Counted from the first letter of the stretch, positions 20,354 to 30,180 are shown. The stretch: DNA of 32,492 nt from Thiomargarita sp. (GCA_020726335.1 DYSU01000028.1:1-32492), one strand, 5' to 3'. A program made the numbers and translations. Notes: generated from the letters alone by a model not told the origin.

Positions 20354-21865
20354 ATGGATTTTAGCATCAAAAGTGGGCATGTGGAAAAACAACGGGTGGC
20401 TTGTTTGGTCATTGGGGTGTATGAACCCCGTCGTTTGACGGATACGGGGCTGTTGGTTGACCATTTCAGCCAACAATATTTATCATCAATTTTGCGCTGT
20501 GGTGATATTGAAGGCAAATTAGGCCAAACATTGTTGTTGCACCAAGTTCCCAACATTTTGGCACAACGGGTGTTGCTCATCGGCTGTGGTCGAGAACGTG
20601 AATTGACCTTGCAACATTACCGTAAAATTTTACATAAAATGGTCAGCGTGCTAAACCAAGCCCACATCAGCGATGTTGCCTGCTATTTACCTGAAATCAA
20701 TGTCAAAAATAAATCGCTTTATTGGCGTATTTCTGATGCCATTTGCACCATCAATGATGCGTTGTATCAATTTGAAGCGTTAAAAACCATTAAAAAGAAA
20801 AAAGCCCCCAGCTTGAAACGGATGTCTTTTTTTGTCAATTCACGGCGGGAACTGGATAAAACCGACAGCATTTTAGCGCAAAGTTATGCCATTTCTGCGG
20901 GAATTAAATTGGCCAAAGATTTGGGCAACACACCACCGAACATTTGCACCCCCAGTTATTTGGCCAAACATGCCAAACGAATGGAGTATGATTTTAATCA
21001 AAACCTCCGTTGCACCGTATTGGAAACTGAAGACATGGAAAAATTGAACATGGGCGGGGTGTTGGCCGTGGCCAAAGGCAGCAATGAAGCCCCTAAATTC
21101 ATCGTGTTGGACTACAAAGGCACCGATGAAAGTGTTGCGCCGATCGCGTTGGTGGGCAAAGGCGTGACCTTTGACAGCGGCGGCATTTCATTAAAACCTG
21201 CGGCCAAAATGGATGAAATGAAATACGACATGAGCGGCGCGGCGGCGGTGTTAGGCACAATGCAGGCGGTGGCTGAACTCAGTCTGCCGCTGAATATAAT
21301 GGCCGTGATTCCTGCGGTGGAAAACCTGCCCAGTGGCCATGCCACCCGTCCGGGTGATATTATTGTCACCGCTTCAGGGCAAACGGTGGAAGTTTTAAAT
21401 ACGGATGCCGAAGGCCGTTTGATTTTAGCCGATGCGTTGCACTATTGTCAGCAATTTAACCCCAGTACAGTGATTGATGTCGCCACGTTGACGGGTGCCT
21501 GCATTGTCGCTTTGGGGCGTGAACTGGCCGCTGTCATCGGCAACCATTCTGTTTTGGTCAACAATTTATTGCGCGCAGGCGAAGCCTGTGGTGACCGTGT
21601 GTGGGAACTGCCCTTGTTGGATGAATATCAAGATTTGATGAAAAGCCCATTTGCCGACATGGCCAACATCAGCAACGACAACGCAGCGGGCGCAGGCACG
21701 ATCACAGGCGCGTGTTTTTTGTCGCGGTTTACGGAAAAAATGGACTGGGCGCATTTGGACATCGCAGGCGTTGCATGGAGAAGTGGTGCGAAAAAAGGGG
21801 CGACAGGTCGGCCTGTTCGTTTACTCATCCAGTATTTATTCAATATAATACAACAACCTGCATAG
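20354..21865 (+). CDS. pepA: Leucyl aminopeptidase (cytosol aminopeptidase)
   Basis: MDFSIKSGHVEKQRVACLVIGVYE aligns with the E. coli PepA N-terminus. The metal-site motif NTDAEGRL is present. The start is at ATG 20354, not the upstream ORF-track start. Confidence 0.9.
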   Translation: MDFSIKSGHVEKQRVACLVIGVYEPRRLTDTGLLVDHFSQQYLSSILRCGDIEGKLGQTLLLHQVPNILAQRVLLIGCGRERELTLQHYRKILHKMVSVLNQAHISDVACYLPEINVKNKSLYWRISDAICTINDALYQFEALKTIKKKKAPSLKRMSFFVNSRRELDKTDSILAQSYAISAGIKLAKDLGNTPPNICTPSYLAKHAKRMEYDFNQNLRCTVLETEDMEKLNMGGVLAVAKGSNEAPKFIVLDYKGTDESVAPIALVGKGVTFDSGGISLKPAAKMDEMKYDMSGAAAVLGTMQAVAELSLPLNIMAVIPAVENLPSGHATRPGDIIVTASGQTVEVLNTDAEGRLILADALHYCQQFNPSTVIDVATLTGACIVALGRELAAVIGNHSVLVNNLLRAGEACGDRVWELPLLDEYQDLMKSPFADMANISNDNAAGAGTITGACFLSRFTEKMDWAHLDIAGVAWRSGAKKGATGRPVRLLIQYLFNIIQQPA

Positions 21866-22291
21866 ATGTTGGTTGATTTTTATTTGTTGCACAACCCATC
21901 AGCGTTGTGCGATTTTTTTGCCTGTCAGTTGGTGGAAAAAGCATGGAAAAAAGGCCATCGATTGTATTTGCACATGGACAGCCTTGCCCATGCCCAAAAA
22001 ATGGACGCGCTGTTGTGGACATTTCGTAAATTGAGCTTTATTCCCCATGGTTTATTGGATGCAAAAACAAACCAAGCAGTCAGTTTGGGTTATCCACAAT
22101 GCACTTTAACCCCCCAACAGGCGGATATTTGTATCAATTTGGCCCATGATGTGCCGCTGTTTTTTGCTGATTTTAACCGTATTTTAGAAATCGTCAGCGA
22201 CGATGAAAGTTGCAAGCAAGCAGGGCGGGTGCGGTATCGTTTTTATCAACAACAGCCATTTACGTTGGCAACCCATATTATTCAAAGGTGA
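21866..22291 (+). CDS. holC: DNA polymerase III chi subunit
   Basis: The gene is 141 aa and begins directly after the pepA stop. The N-terminus xVDFYLLHN resembles HolC. pepA-holC synteny is conserved in gammaproteobacteria. Confidence 0.7.
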   Translation: MLVDFYLLHNPSALCDFFACQLVEKAWKKGHRLYLHMDSLAHAQKMDALLWTFRKLSFIPHGLLDAKTNQAVSLGYPQCTLTPQQADICINLAHDVPLFFADFNRILEIVSDDESCKQAGRVRYRFYQQQPFTLATHIIQR

Positions 22292-22294
22292 AAA

Positions 22295-23350
22295 ATGAGG
22301 ATTATTATCACAGGCGGCGCGGGCTTTATCGGCTCGGCGGTGATTCGCTTTTTAATGGCTCAAACCCAGCATACCGTGGTCAATTTAGACAAATTAACCT
22401 ATGCGGGCAATTTAGAGTCTTTGGCTGAAGTGGCAGACAACCCGCGCTATCATTTTGAAAAAGTGGACATTTGTGACCCTTACGCGCTCAAACAAGTGCT
22501 GAGCAGTCACCAGCCCGATGCCATCATGCACTTGGCGGCAGAATCCCATGTTGACCGTTCCATTGATGGGCCTGCGATGTTCATTCAAACCAATATCGTT
22601 GGCACATACACCTTATTGGAGGCGTGTAAAAACCATTGGCAAACCTTGCCCCACGACAAAAAAGCCGTGTTTCGGTTTCACCATGTGTCCACTGATGAGG
22701 TGTATGGCAGTTTGGGTGCGACAGGTTTGTTCAAAGAAAGCGATGCTTATCAACCCAATTCGCCCTATTCCGCCAGCAAAGCCGCGTCTGACCACTTGGT
22801 GCGCGCATGGTTTCACACCTATGGCTTTCCTGTGGTCACCAGCAATTGTTCCAATAATTACGGCCCCTATCAATTCCCTGAAAAATTGATTCCGTTGATG
22901 ATTTTAAACGCGCTTCAGGGCAAAGCTTTGCCGATTTACGGCAACGGGCAGAACATCCGCGATTGGTTGTATGTCGATGACCACGCACGCGCATTGTATG
23001 AGGTCATGAGCCAAGGCCGCTTGGGCGAAACCTATAACATCGGCGGCTTGAACGAACAAACCAATTTAGACGTGGTCAACACCTTGTGCGAAATTTTGGA
23101 CGAACTGTTGCCCGATTCCCCGCACAAACCGCATCAAGCGTTAATGACGTTTGTTCAAGACCGCCCCGGACACGACCTGCGTTATGCGATTGATGCCAGC
23201 AAAATCCAGCACGAACTGGGTTGGCAACCGCAAGAAAGCTTTGCGTCAGGTTTGCGTAAAACGGTTGCGTGGTATTTGCACCATTTGGATTGGGCCAAAC
23301 GGGTACAAGACGGCAGTTACCGTGGCGAACGTTTGGGTGTTGCAGGGTAG
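22295..23350 (+). CDS. rfbB: dTDP-glucose 4,6-dehydratase
   Basis: [16 protein letters not shown] is a Rossmann fold. The YxxxK catalytic motif (YSASKAASD) is present. The length is 351 aa. SD AAAGGTG is upstream. Confidence 0.9.
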   Translation: MRIIITGGAGFIGSAVIRFLMAQTQHTVVNLDKLTYAGNLESLAEVADNPRYHFEKVDICDPYALKQVLSSHQPDAIMHLAAESHVDRSIDGPAMFIQTNIVGTYTLLEACKNHWQTLPHDKKAVFRFHHVSTDEVYGSLGATGLFKESDAYQPNSPYSASKAASDHLVRAWFHTYGFPVVTSNCSNNYGPYQFPEKLIPLMILNALQGKALPIYGNGQNIRDWLYVDDHARALYEVMSQGRLGETYNIGGLNEQTNLDVVNTLCEILDELLPDSPHKPHQALMTFVQDRPGHDLRYAIDASKIQHELGWQPQESFASGLRKTVAWYLHHLDWAKRVQDGSYRGERLGVAG

Positions 23351-23354
23351 TCGC

Positions 23355-24197
23355 ATGGCCATTTATGTTATCGGTGATATTCAAGGCTGTTATCAAGAAT
23401 TGCGTCAATTGCTGGATAAAATCCAATTTGACCCTGCCAAGGATAAACTGTGGAGCGTGGGCGATTTGGTCAATCGCGGCCCTGATTCTTTACAAGTTTT
23501 ACGATTTTTCAAAGCGTTAGGTAAGCGTGGGCAAATTGTATTGGGCAACCATGATTTAACCTTGTTGGCGCGAGCCTATGGCAACTTGACTTATCAACAT
23601 CCGCACGACAGTTTAGAACCCATTTTAACCGCGCCTGACCGCAATGAATTGCTTGACTGGTTGCGCCACCAACCTTTTTTATTTCACAGCCCAAAACAGC
23701 AAGTGACCTTGATTCACGCAGGTTTGCCGCCGCAATGGACTTTGGCGCAAGCGCAAAGTTGTTCCCAAGAACTTGAAAGCATTTTACAATCAGAACAACA
23801 CGTTACCTATTTAAGCCAACATATTTTTGGCGAAACACCCAGCCATTGGTCAAAAGAGCTGACAGGTTGGCCGCGTATTCGCTTTATTGCCGCCTGTTTC
23901 ACCCGTTTGCGTTATTGTGACGCGCTGGGCCATTTGCTGTTGAAACAGAAAATGGGGACTCATCAAACAGACCAACGTGGTTTCCCATGGTTTGCCCACC
24001 CTAAACGAAAAACCGCCAAAGATACCATTGTTTTTGGTCATTGGGCCACTTTGGGTTATCATGACCAAAACAATGTTTATGCGTTGGATACAGGGTGTTT
24101 GTGGGGCGGCAAATTAACGGCATTGCGCCTGAAAAACAAAACCCTGATTCAAATTCCTTGTCCCAAAGCGCATGACCCTGCGCAATTTAACGGTTGA
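23355..24197 (+). CDS. apaH: Bis(5'-nucleosyl)-tetraphosphatase, symmetrical
   Basis: MAIYVIGDIQGCYQELRQLL..GDLVNRGPDS..GNHD are the ApaH metallophosphatase motifs. The start is at ATG 23355, just after the rfbB stop. The ORF-track start at 23151 overlaps rfbB. Confidence 0.85.
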   Translation: MAIYVIGDIQGCYQELRQLLDKIQFDPAKDKLWSVGDLVNRGPDSLQVLRFFKALGKRGQIVLGNHDLTLLARAYGNLTYQHPHDSLEPILTAPDRNELLDWLRHQPFLFHSPKQQVTLIHAGLPPQWTLAQAQSCSQELESILQSEQHVTYLSQHIFGETPSHWSKELTGWPRIRFIAACFTRLRYCDALGHLLLKQKMGTHQTDQRGFPWFAHPKRKTAKDTIVFGHWATLGYHDQNNVYALDTGCLWGGKLTALRLKNKTLIQIPCPKAHDPAQFNG

Positions 24198-24204
24198 AGC
24201 CATC

Positions 24205-26463
24205 ATGAACCCTCCTCGTTTAATCCCCGTTGTTGTGCTGTTATTGGCCGCTTGTGGCAAATCCAATCAGTATTTGACCCCGCAAGACTTAAAAAACAAC
24301 ACGTTATCCAACGCATCCGTTGAATTAAATGCTTCAACCCCCGCATTGTCTGTTCAGCGTGGTGCAGTGTTCACCGACAACAACGCCGCTTTTGCCCACA
24401 AGCTGGCCTTGGTCAACCGCGCTCAACACAGCATCGACATGGCCTATTACATTTATGCCAATGATTACAGTTCAGCGGTGTTGAGCCAAGCCTTGTTGGC
24501 CGCCAGCCAACGCGGGGTTAAAGTGCGGCTGTTGGTCGATTACCACAGCAATTACAACCGCTTGGATTTTTTTCTGATGTTGCAACAGCACAGCCATGGC
24601 CAAATTCAAGTGCGCTTTTACAACCGTCCCGATGGGCAGTTAATCAAAGACGCGGTTTATTTGACCCTGCCTTGCCCTGAAAACACTGCGCGGGCCGATT
24701 GCGGCGCGGCCAAATTTAAGCACATAACCGACAAGCTTACAGGTAAAGACCTTGCCAATTACAACAGCGGCGGTTCGGGGTTGTTTTTATCCGGTTTATA
24801 CAGCAAAAAACCCGATGTCCTCGGTGCCGCGATTATCGAAGGGCAAAAGCTTGATTTAAGTCAATTTTTTCCCAAAGACAATGGCCAAAGTGGGCAAAAT
24901 TCACAGGATTTGACCGCCTTGTTTGATTTTGCCAAAGTCTATTGGGCCTCGCGTCATACCACAGGCTTTGACCGATGGGCCGCCCAATTAAAATTGGAAT
25001 TGGCACTGGCGTTGTATCATGAAAAACTCAACCCCATCATGACCGCCGTGCGCGCAGTCTTGCCCATTGGTGAGCGTCCCGATGAACAAGCGGCGTGGCA
25101 AGCGTGGCAACATTTCACCGATTATTTGCACCACAAGTTTTTATTGGTCGATGGTCAACATGTGCAATTGGGTGGGCGCAATATTGAAGACCCGTATCAC
25201 ATGAATTTCAATCCCTTGGTGGAAAAATATGTGTTCATGGACACCGATGTGGCGTTGGATTTAAATCAAACTTCAGCGGCTTTGCAACACAGTTTTGAAG
25301 CATTGTGGGATTTCAAAACCATGACCGCCGATTTAGACGAGGTGTTGGCGCACGCACCCAATGATTTTGTTGTGGCCCATGACAACGCGCAACAACAGTG
25401 CCTGCCGCAAAGTGATTGTTATCAAAAGACTTTCTTACAACAAAACCGCCAGCAACGCCAACAACAACAGCACATGCTGATGCAACAACACGCCGCCACC
25501 TATTGGGCGCAAGCCATGCCAAAAACCACAGAATCCGATTATGTTATTGATAAGACTGCGAAAATTTATTATCTGGAAAATCTGCCGTTTCAACGCCAAG
25601 CCCAAGACAAACAACGGCTGTTTGGCGCAGTCCATAACCAAGAAGGCGCGTCAGGCAAAGCGATTCATCAAGTCTGGTTGGCGGCATTGCGCAACACCTG
25701 CCAGCAAGCCAGCGCAGAACATCCGCAACACATTTGGTTGCACAACGCCTATTTTTTCTTGCCGTTTATGATGCTCAGCCAATTGGCAGAAATGGTTGAC
25801 GGCAGCCAAGATTGCCGCCATGTGCATGTGAAGGTGTTGACCAATTCGCTGGCCACCACCGATTTGGGCATCATCAATTTGTTGTCGCGCTACAGCATGA
25901 AAGCCTTTGCCGATTATTATCAACACCATCGCCACCCTGAAAAAAGCGCAAGCTTCGCCTATTATGAATATTTGCCCCGTTATCAAAACCGCGACGGCGA
26001 AAATCTCAACCGCCATTCATTGCACAGCAAAGTCATGGTGTTGGGCGATGATATTTTTATTGGCTCAGCCAACGCCGATGTACGCAGTTTGATGATGGAC
26101 AGCAACAACGGTTTGTTCATCCGCGATGCACCGCAGTTTATCCACGCTTATGCCGCTGATTTATATCGAAAAATCAGCGATCCCCAGCAGGTCAAAGAAG
26201 TCACCGCCCATTTTTTTGGCTTGGATTTGGCCAAGATGCTCAACGAAGACAAAACGCAAATCTTTGATTTATTTCGCACTTTATTTGATATTCCCCAACC
26301 CAGCGAAGCCCGGCAAAAAGAAGAGGCTTGGTCGCAAGCGGTGTTGACGCGGGTGTTGCCCCTTTTGCAACAAGTGTATGAATTGAGTTCGCAAGGCTTG
26401 CAACAGCATTGGCACAATGAAAACTATCAAGCGCGGTTTAACGCTTATTTCAAATTCTTCTAA
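24205..26463 (+). CDS. Phospholipase D superfamily lipoprotein (two HKD motifs), 752 aa
   Basis: The N-terminus MNPPRLIPVVVLLLAACGK is a lipoprotein signal with a lipobox. Two HxKx4Dx6G(G/S)xN motifs are present (HHKFLLVDGQHVQLGGRN and HSKVMVLGDDIFIGSANAD). A Q-rich low-complexity linker (QQNRQQRQQQQHMLMQQH) is encoded at 25441-25494. Confidence 0.75.
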   Translation: MNPPRLIPVVVLLLAACGKSNQYLTPQDLKNNTLSNASVELNASTPALSVQRGAVFTDNNAAFAHKLALVNRAQHSIDMAYYIYANDYSSAVLSQALLAASQRGVKVRLLVDYHSNYNRLDFFLMLQQHSHGQIQVRFYNRPDGQLIKDAVYLTLPCPENTARADCGAAKFKHITDKLTGKDLANYNSGGSGLFLSGLYSKKPDVLGAAIIEGQKLDLSQFFPKDNGQSGQNSQDLTALFDFAKVYWASRHTTGFDRWAAQLKLELALALYHEKLNPIMTAVRAVLPIGERPDEQAAWQAWQHFTDYLHHKFLLVDGQHVQLGGRNIEDPYHMNFNPLVEKYVFMDTDVALDLNQTSAALQHSFEALWDFKTMTADLDEVLAHAPNDFVVAHDNAQQQCLPQSDCYQKTFLQQNRQQRQQQQHMLMQQHAATYWAQAMPKTTESDYVIDKTAKIYYLENLPFQRQAQDKQRLFGAVHNQEGASGKAIHQVWLAALRNTCQQASAEHPQHIWLHNAYFFLPFMMLSQLAEMVDGSQDCRHVHVKVLTNSLATTDLGIINLLSRYSMKAFADYYQHHRHPEKSASFAYYEYLPRYQNRDGENLNRHSLHSKVMVLGDDIFIGSANADVRSLMMDSNNGLFIRDAPQFIHAYAADLYRKISDPQQVKEVTAHFFGLDLAKMLNEDKTQIFDLFRTLFDIPQPSEARQKEEAWSQAVLTRVLPLLQQVYELSSQGLQQHWHNENYQARFNAYFKFF

Positions 26464-27154
26464 TGGCTTGACTTTGCTGGAAATGACGCTGGTGTTGTTC
26501 ATCATCAGCCTGTTGTTGGCCAGCGTGTTGTCGCCGCTTAACAGCCAAATCAAGTTGCGTCATTATCAAAACACCCAAGACCACATGAACACGGCCATGG
26601 AAGCCCTCATGGGCTTTGCGTTAATCAATGGCCGCCTGCCCTGTCCTGCGCTTGCCAGTTTAGCCACAGGCCAAGCCGATGCGGGCGCAGAAAAGCAAAA
26701 AGCCCAAGGTGATTGCGATAAAAATTATGGGGTATTGCCGTGGCTTACCTTGGGTTTGCCCGAAACCGACGCATGGGGACGGCGTTTGACGTATGCAGTT
26801 ACGGGTTTATTTGCCGACACAACCGCCGCTGAATGCGACATCAAAACCAACACCGCCTCATTTGGCTTGTGTTCTGCCGCCTCGCTCAATGTCTATGATG
26901 GCAGGGGTGGCAAAGTTGCCAGCAATATGCCCGTGGTGTTGGTGTCGCACGGGGCTAACGGTGATGGTGCTTATTTGCCCAGTGGCCAGCAATTGCTGTT
27001 GGTCGAACACGACAGCCACGAACAACAAAATTATGCCCAACACACCACGTTTATCGACAGCCATTTAGACAACGCGGCGTTTGATGACATTGTCGTTTGG
27101 TTGTCGCCGAAAATCTTGGCTTATCGCATGGTACAAGCGGGGGTTTTGCCGTAA
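26417..27154 (+). CDS. Prepilin-type N-terminal cleavage/methylation domain protein (type IV minor pilin or T2SS pseudopilin-like)
   Basis: NG|LTLLEMTLVLFIISLLLA matches a class III signal (Gly at -1, Glu at +5, hydrophobic helix). The only in-frame start gives a 17-aa leader and a 47-nt overlap with the upstream PLD gene. Confidence 0.5.
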   Translation: MKTIKRGLTLISNSSNGLTLLEMTLVLFIISLLLASVLSPLNSQIKLRHYQNTQDHMNTAMEALMGFALINGRLPCPALASLATGQADAGAEKQKAQGDCDKNYGVLPWLTLGLPETDAWGRRLTYAVTGLFADTTAAECDIKTNTASFGLCSAASLNVYDGRGGKVASNMPVVLVSHGANGDGAYLPSGQQLLLVEHDSHEQQNYAQHTTFIDSHLDNAAFDDIVVWLSPKILAYRMVQAGVLP

Positions 27155-27214
27155 TCGCTTGATGACGGGTATAATCCGCCTTTTTGAATTTAGATTATAA
27201 GGCATTGATGACGG

Positions 27215-27871
27215 ATGAAAATTGCGTTATTTGATTTAGACAACACGCTGATTGCAGGCGACAGCGACGCAGGTTGGGGTGATTATTTGGTTGAGCAAGG
27301 CATTGTCGATGGTGCAAGCTATGGCCAACAAAATCAGCGGTTTTTTGCCGATTATAAAGCAGGAAAATTAGATATTTACGCTTATTTGCATTTTCAGCTT
27401 AACGTGTTGGCACAACACCCTGTCGAACAATTGCACCGCTGGCGTGCGGCGTTTGTCGAACAAAAAATCAAACCGTGGTTGTTGCCCCAAGGTCAAACCT
27501 TGATTCAACAACATCAAAACGCGGGCGCGGTGGTGGCCATCATCACCGCCACCAATTTTTTTGTCGCTGAACCGATTGCACAAATGATGGGTGTGCCGCA
27601 TTTAATCGCCACCCGCCCCCGTTTGGAAAAGGGTCGTTATACGGGCGCATTTGACGGCATCCCAACGTTTGCCCACGGTAAAATCCAAGCATTTAATCAT
27701 TGGTTGGCAGGGCATCAACTGATGGCCAGCGAAACGTGGTTTTACAGCGATTCACACAACGACTTGCCGTTATTGCAACAGGTTGACCATCCCATTGCGG
27801 TTGACCCTGACCCCCTGTTGCAACAAACTGCACAACAAAACAGTTGGCCCATCATCAGCTTGCGACAATAA
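27215..27871 (+). CDS. HAD-superfamily hydrolase, subfamily IB-like
   Basis: MKIALFDLDNTLI is HAD motif I (DxD). Downstream motifs are S/T...K...(G)D(S)xND. Confidence 0.7.
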   Translation: MKIALFDLDNTLIAGDSDAGWGDYLVEQGIVDGASYGQQNQRFFADYKAGKLDIYAYLHFQLNVLAQHPVEQLHRWRAAFVEQKIKPWLLPQGQTLIQQHQNAGAVVAIITATNFFVAEPIAQMMGVPHLIATRPRLEKGRYTGAFDGIPTFAHGKIQAFNHWLAGHQLMASETWFYSDSHNDLPLLQQVDHPIAVDPDPLLQQTAQQNSWPIISLRQ

Positions 27872-27947
27872 AAAAACACGGATTGGACATCTGGCCTTAA
27901 ATTGTTTCTAATGTCTGAATTATTGCGGATTAGATCAGGAGTTTATT

Positions 27948-30134
27948 ATGGAGTTTTCCAGTATCAGCGTCGTTATTGTCATCGCCATTGCGGTGATTTT
28001 ATTGGGTATGTTCGTGTTTGTATTGCGCTTTTTCCAAAAAGTCGATCAAGGCAAAGCCTTGATTGTCAACACCATGAAAGCCGAACCTGTGGTCACGTTT
28101 ACGGGGCGAATTGTGTTGCCTGTGGTGCATAAATCCGAAGTGATGGACATCTCATTGAAAACCATCGAAATTGACCGCCGTGGCCATGAAGGGTTGATTT
28201 GCTGTGACAACATCCGCGCCGACATCAAAGTGACTTTTTTTGTGCGGGTCAACAAAACCAGCGAAGACGTGCTGAAAGTGGCGCAAGCCATCGGTTGCCA
28301 TCGCGCTTCTGACCAACGCACGTTAGAAGAATTGTTCAGCGCGAAGTTTTCAGAAGCCTTAAAAACCGTCGGTAAGCAATTGGATTTTGAGGATTTATAC
28401 AAAGAGCGCGATTCTTTTCGTGACAGCATCATCCGTTTGATTGGCAAAGATTTGAACGGCTATGTGCTGGAAGATGCGGCCATCGACTTTTTAGAACAAA
28501 CCCCGCTCAACTCACTGGACCCCAGCAATATTTTAGACTCTCAAGGCATTCGTAAAATCACCGAATTGACCACTGAACAGCATGTGCAAACCAACAATTT
28601 TGAAAACCAAGAGCGGATGCGTATCACCAAACAAAATGTGGAATCCCAAGAAACCATTTTAGAATTGGAACGCCGCCAAGCGGATGCGATGGCCAAACAA
28701 CAGCGCGAAATTCAAACCGTTAAAGACCGCGAAGCGGCAGAAATCGCGTCAGTGGCCGCCGAACAACGCAAACGCAGCGAACAAGCGCGCTTGGCGGCAG
28801 AAGAGCAAATCGGCATTTCAGAACAAAACAAACAGCGCGAAATTGAAGTGGCCGAGCAAAACCGCCAACGGGTGGTCGGCATTGAAACCGAACGGGTCAG
28901 CTTGGCGCGGGAACAAGAGGTGATTAAACGCGAAAAAGAAGTGGCGTTGTTGCGCATTGCCAAAGAAGAAGCCGAAGAAGAGAAAAGGCGCGACATCGCC
29001 AATGTGATTCGAGAACGCATTGCGGTGGAAAAAACCGTGGCCGAACAAGAAGAACAAATCAAAACCTTGCGCGCCACTGCCGAAGCGGAGCGTGATAAAC
29101 AAGTGATCATTTTAAATGCCGAAGCCGAAGCCGAAGAAAGCTTGGTCAAAGGCATCAAAGCGGCAGAAGCGGCGGAAAAAGCGGCCAGTTTCAAGGCGCG
29201 GGAAGTGATTGTGTTGGCCGAAGCCGAACGCGAAGTGGCGGATAAAAAAGCCTTGGCTAAAATTCGCTTGGCCGAAGGCACGCAAGCAGAAGCGGCGGCG
29301 GCGGGTTTGGCGCAAGTGGTGGTCAAAGAAGCCAATGCCTTGGCGATTGAAAAACAAGGCATTGCCGAGGCCAAAGCCAAATTGGAAAGTTACCGCGCTG
29401 ACGCGGCGGGTGAAGAGCAAAAAGGGCTGGCTTTGGCGCGGGTGAAAGAAGCCCATGCACAAGCCTTGGAAAAAGAAGGTTTGGTTCAGGCCAAAGTGGA
29501 ATTGGAAAAAATGCAGGCGGTGGCCATCGGTCAGGAACAACAAGGCTTGGCGCAAGTGCGGGTCAAAGAAGCTGATGCCGATGTGATTGAAAAACGCGGT
29601 CATGCGGAGGCGCAGGCATTAAAGGAACGCTTGTTGGCCGAAGCGGAAGGTTTGGCAGAGAAATTTAAATCATTGGATGCGCTCAGTGAACAAGGCCGAA
29701 GTCATGAGGAATTTCGCCTGCGTTTGGAACAAGAGTTGACCATGCAAAAAGAAATGATTAAAGCGCAAATTGTCAACGCGGAAAAACAAGCCGAAGTGCT
29801 GGCTTCGGCCTTGAGTAAAGCCAAAATCGATATTGTCGGTGGCGATGAACTGTTTGTCCATAAGTTGTTGAAAAGTACGGCGATGGCCAAAAGCATCGAT
29901 GGTTTTGCCCGCAAAAGCGAAACGGCCCAGCAGCTGTTCAAAGATTATTTCAGTGGCGATGCCAGTTTTACCCAAGATGTGAAACAGATTTTATCTGACC
30001 CCAGTTTGTCATCCAAAGATGTGCAGAACCTGACTTTGGCGGCGTTTGTGCAAAAGCTGATGCAAAAAGGCAACGTTGAACAAAAAGCGCAATTGGCTAA
30101 GTTATTGGATTTATTCAAAGAACAGCCCAAATAA
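27948..30134 (+). CDS. Flotillin/SPFH (band 7) family membrane protein, YqiK-like, with a long EA-rich coiled coil
   Basis: There is an N-terminal transmembrane helix followed by an SPFH domain. A 350-aa Glu/Ala/Lys-rich coiled coil with tandem repeats follows. SD AGGAG lies 6 nt upstream of ATG 27948. Confidence 0.8.
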   Translation: MEFSSISVVIVIAIAVILLGMFVFVLRFFQKVDQGKALIVNTMKAEPVVTFTGRIVLPVVHKSEVMDISLKTIEIDRRGHEGLICCDNIRADIKVTFFVRVNKTSEDVLKVAQAIGCHRASDQRTLEELFSAKFSEALKTVGKQLDFEDLYKERDSFRDSIIRLIGKDLNGYVLEDAAIDFLEQTPLNSLDPSNILDSQGIRKITELTTEQHVQTNNFENQERMRITKQNVESQETILELERRQADAMAKQQREIQTVKDREAAEIASVAAEQRKRSEQARLAAEEQIGISEQNKQREIEVAEQNRQRVVGIETERVSLAREQEVIKREKEVALLRIAKEEAEEEKRRDIANVIRERIAVEKTVAEQEEQIKTLRATAEAERDKQVIILNAEAEAEESLVKGIKAAEAAEKAASFKAREVIVLAEAEREVADKKALAKIRLAEGTQAEAAAAGLAQVVVKEANALAIEKQGIAEAKAKLESYRADAAGEEQKGLALARVKEAHAQALEKEGLVQAKVELEKMQAVAIGQEQQGLAQVRVKEADADVIEKRGHAEAQALKERLLAEAEGLAEKFKSLDALSEQGRSHEEFRLRLEQELTMQKEMIKAQIVNAEKQAEVLASALSKAKIDIVGGDELFVHKLLKSTAMAKSIDGFARKSETAQQLFKDYFSGDASFTQDVKQILSDPSLSSKDVQNLTLAAFVQKLMQKGNVEQKAQLAKLLDLFKEQPK
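29307..29640 (+). repeat. Three tandem copies of a roughly 117-nt (39-aa) in-frame repeat inside the flotillin coiled-coil region
   Basis: Units start near 29307, 29424 and 29545. They encode ..QGLAxVxVKEAxAxxIEKxGxxEAxxxLE... The repeat is coding, not CRISPR-like. Confidence 0.5.
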
Positions 30135-30180
30135 TGCCACAAGCAAAATTCAATTAAAATCAGCCACCGTTTATAATACA

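Noticed and set aside
22210-22889. Small plus- and minus-strand ORFs (72, 123 and 86 aa) overlapping holC and rfbB
   Set aside because: They are in alternate frames of clearly identified genes. They have no domains or translation signals.
23151-23354. Upstream extension of apaH (ORF-track start at 23151), giving a 348-aa product that overlaps rfbB
   Set aside because: The extension lies in an alternative frame over the rfbB 3' end. The conserved ApaH N-terminus MAIYVIGDIQGC begins at ATG 23355, right after the rfbB stop.
28712-29380. 222-aa minus-strand ORF, plus other long antisense ORFs at 28818-29102, 29112-29603, 29670-29975 and 29702-29941
   Set aside because: These lie antisense to the flotillin coiled-coil region. 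Their products are low-complexity Ala/Ser/Phe/Gly-rich translations. The repetitive GAA/GCC/AAA codon bias of the sense strand explains them. None has an RBS or a domain.
29300-29640. Tandem repeats as a possible CRISPR array or satellite
   Set aside because: The repeats are in-frame coding repeats of the flotillin coiled coil (39-aa units). There are no spacers of unique sequence and no CRISPR-like short palindromic units. No cas genes are present in the window.
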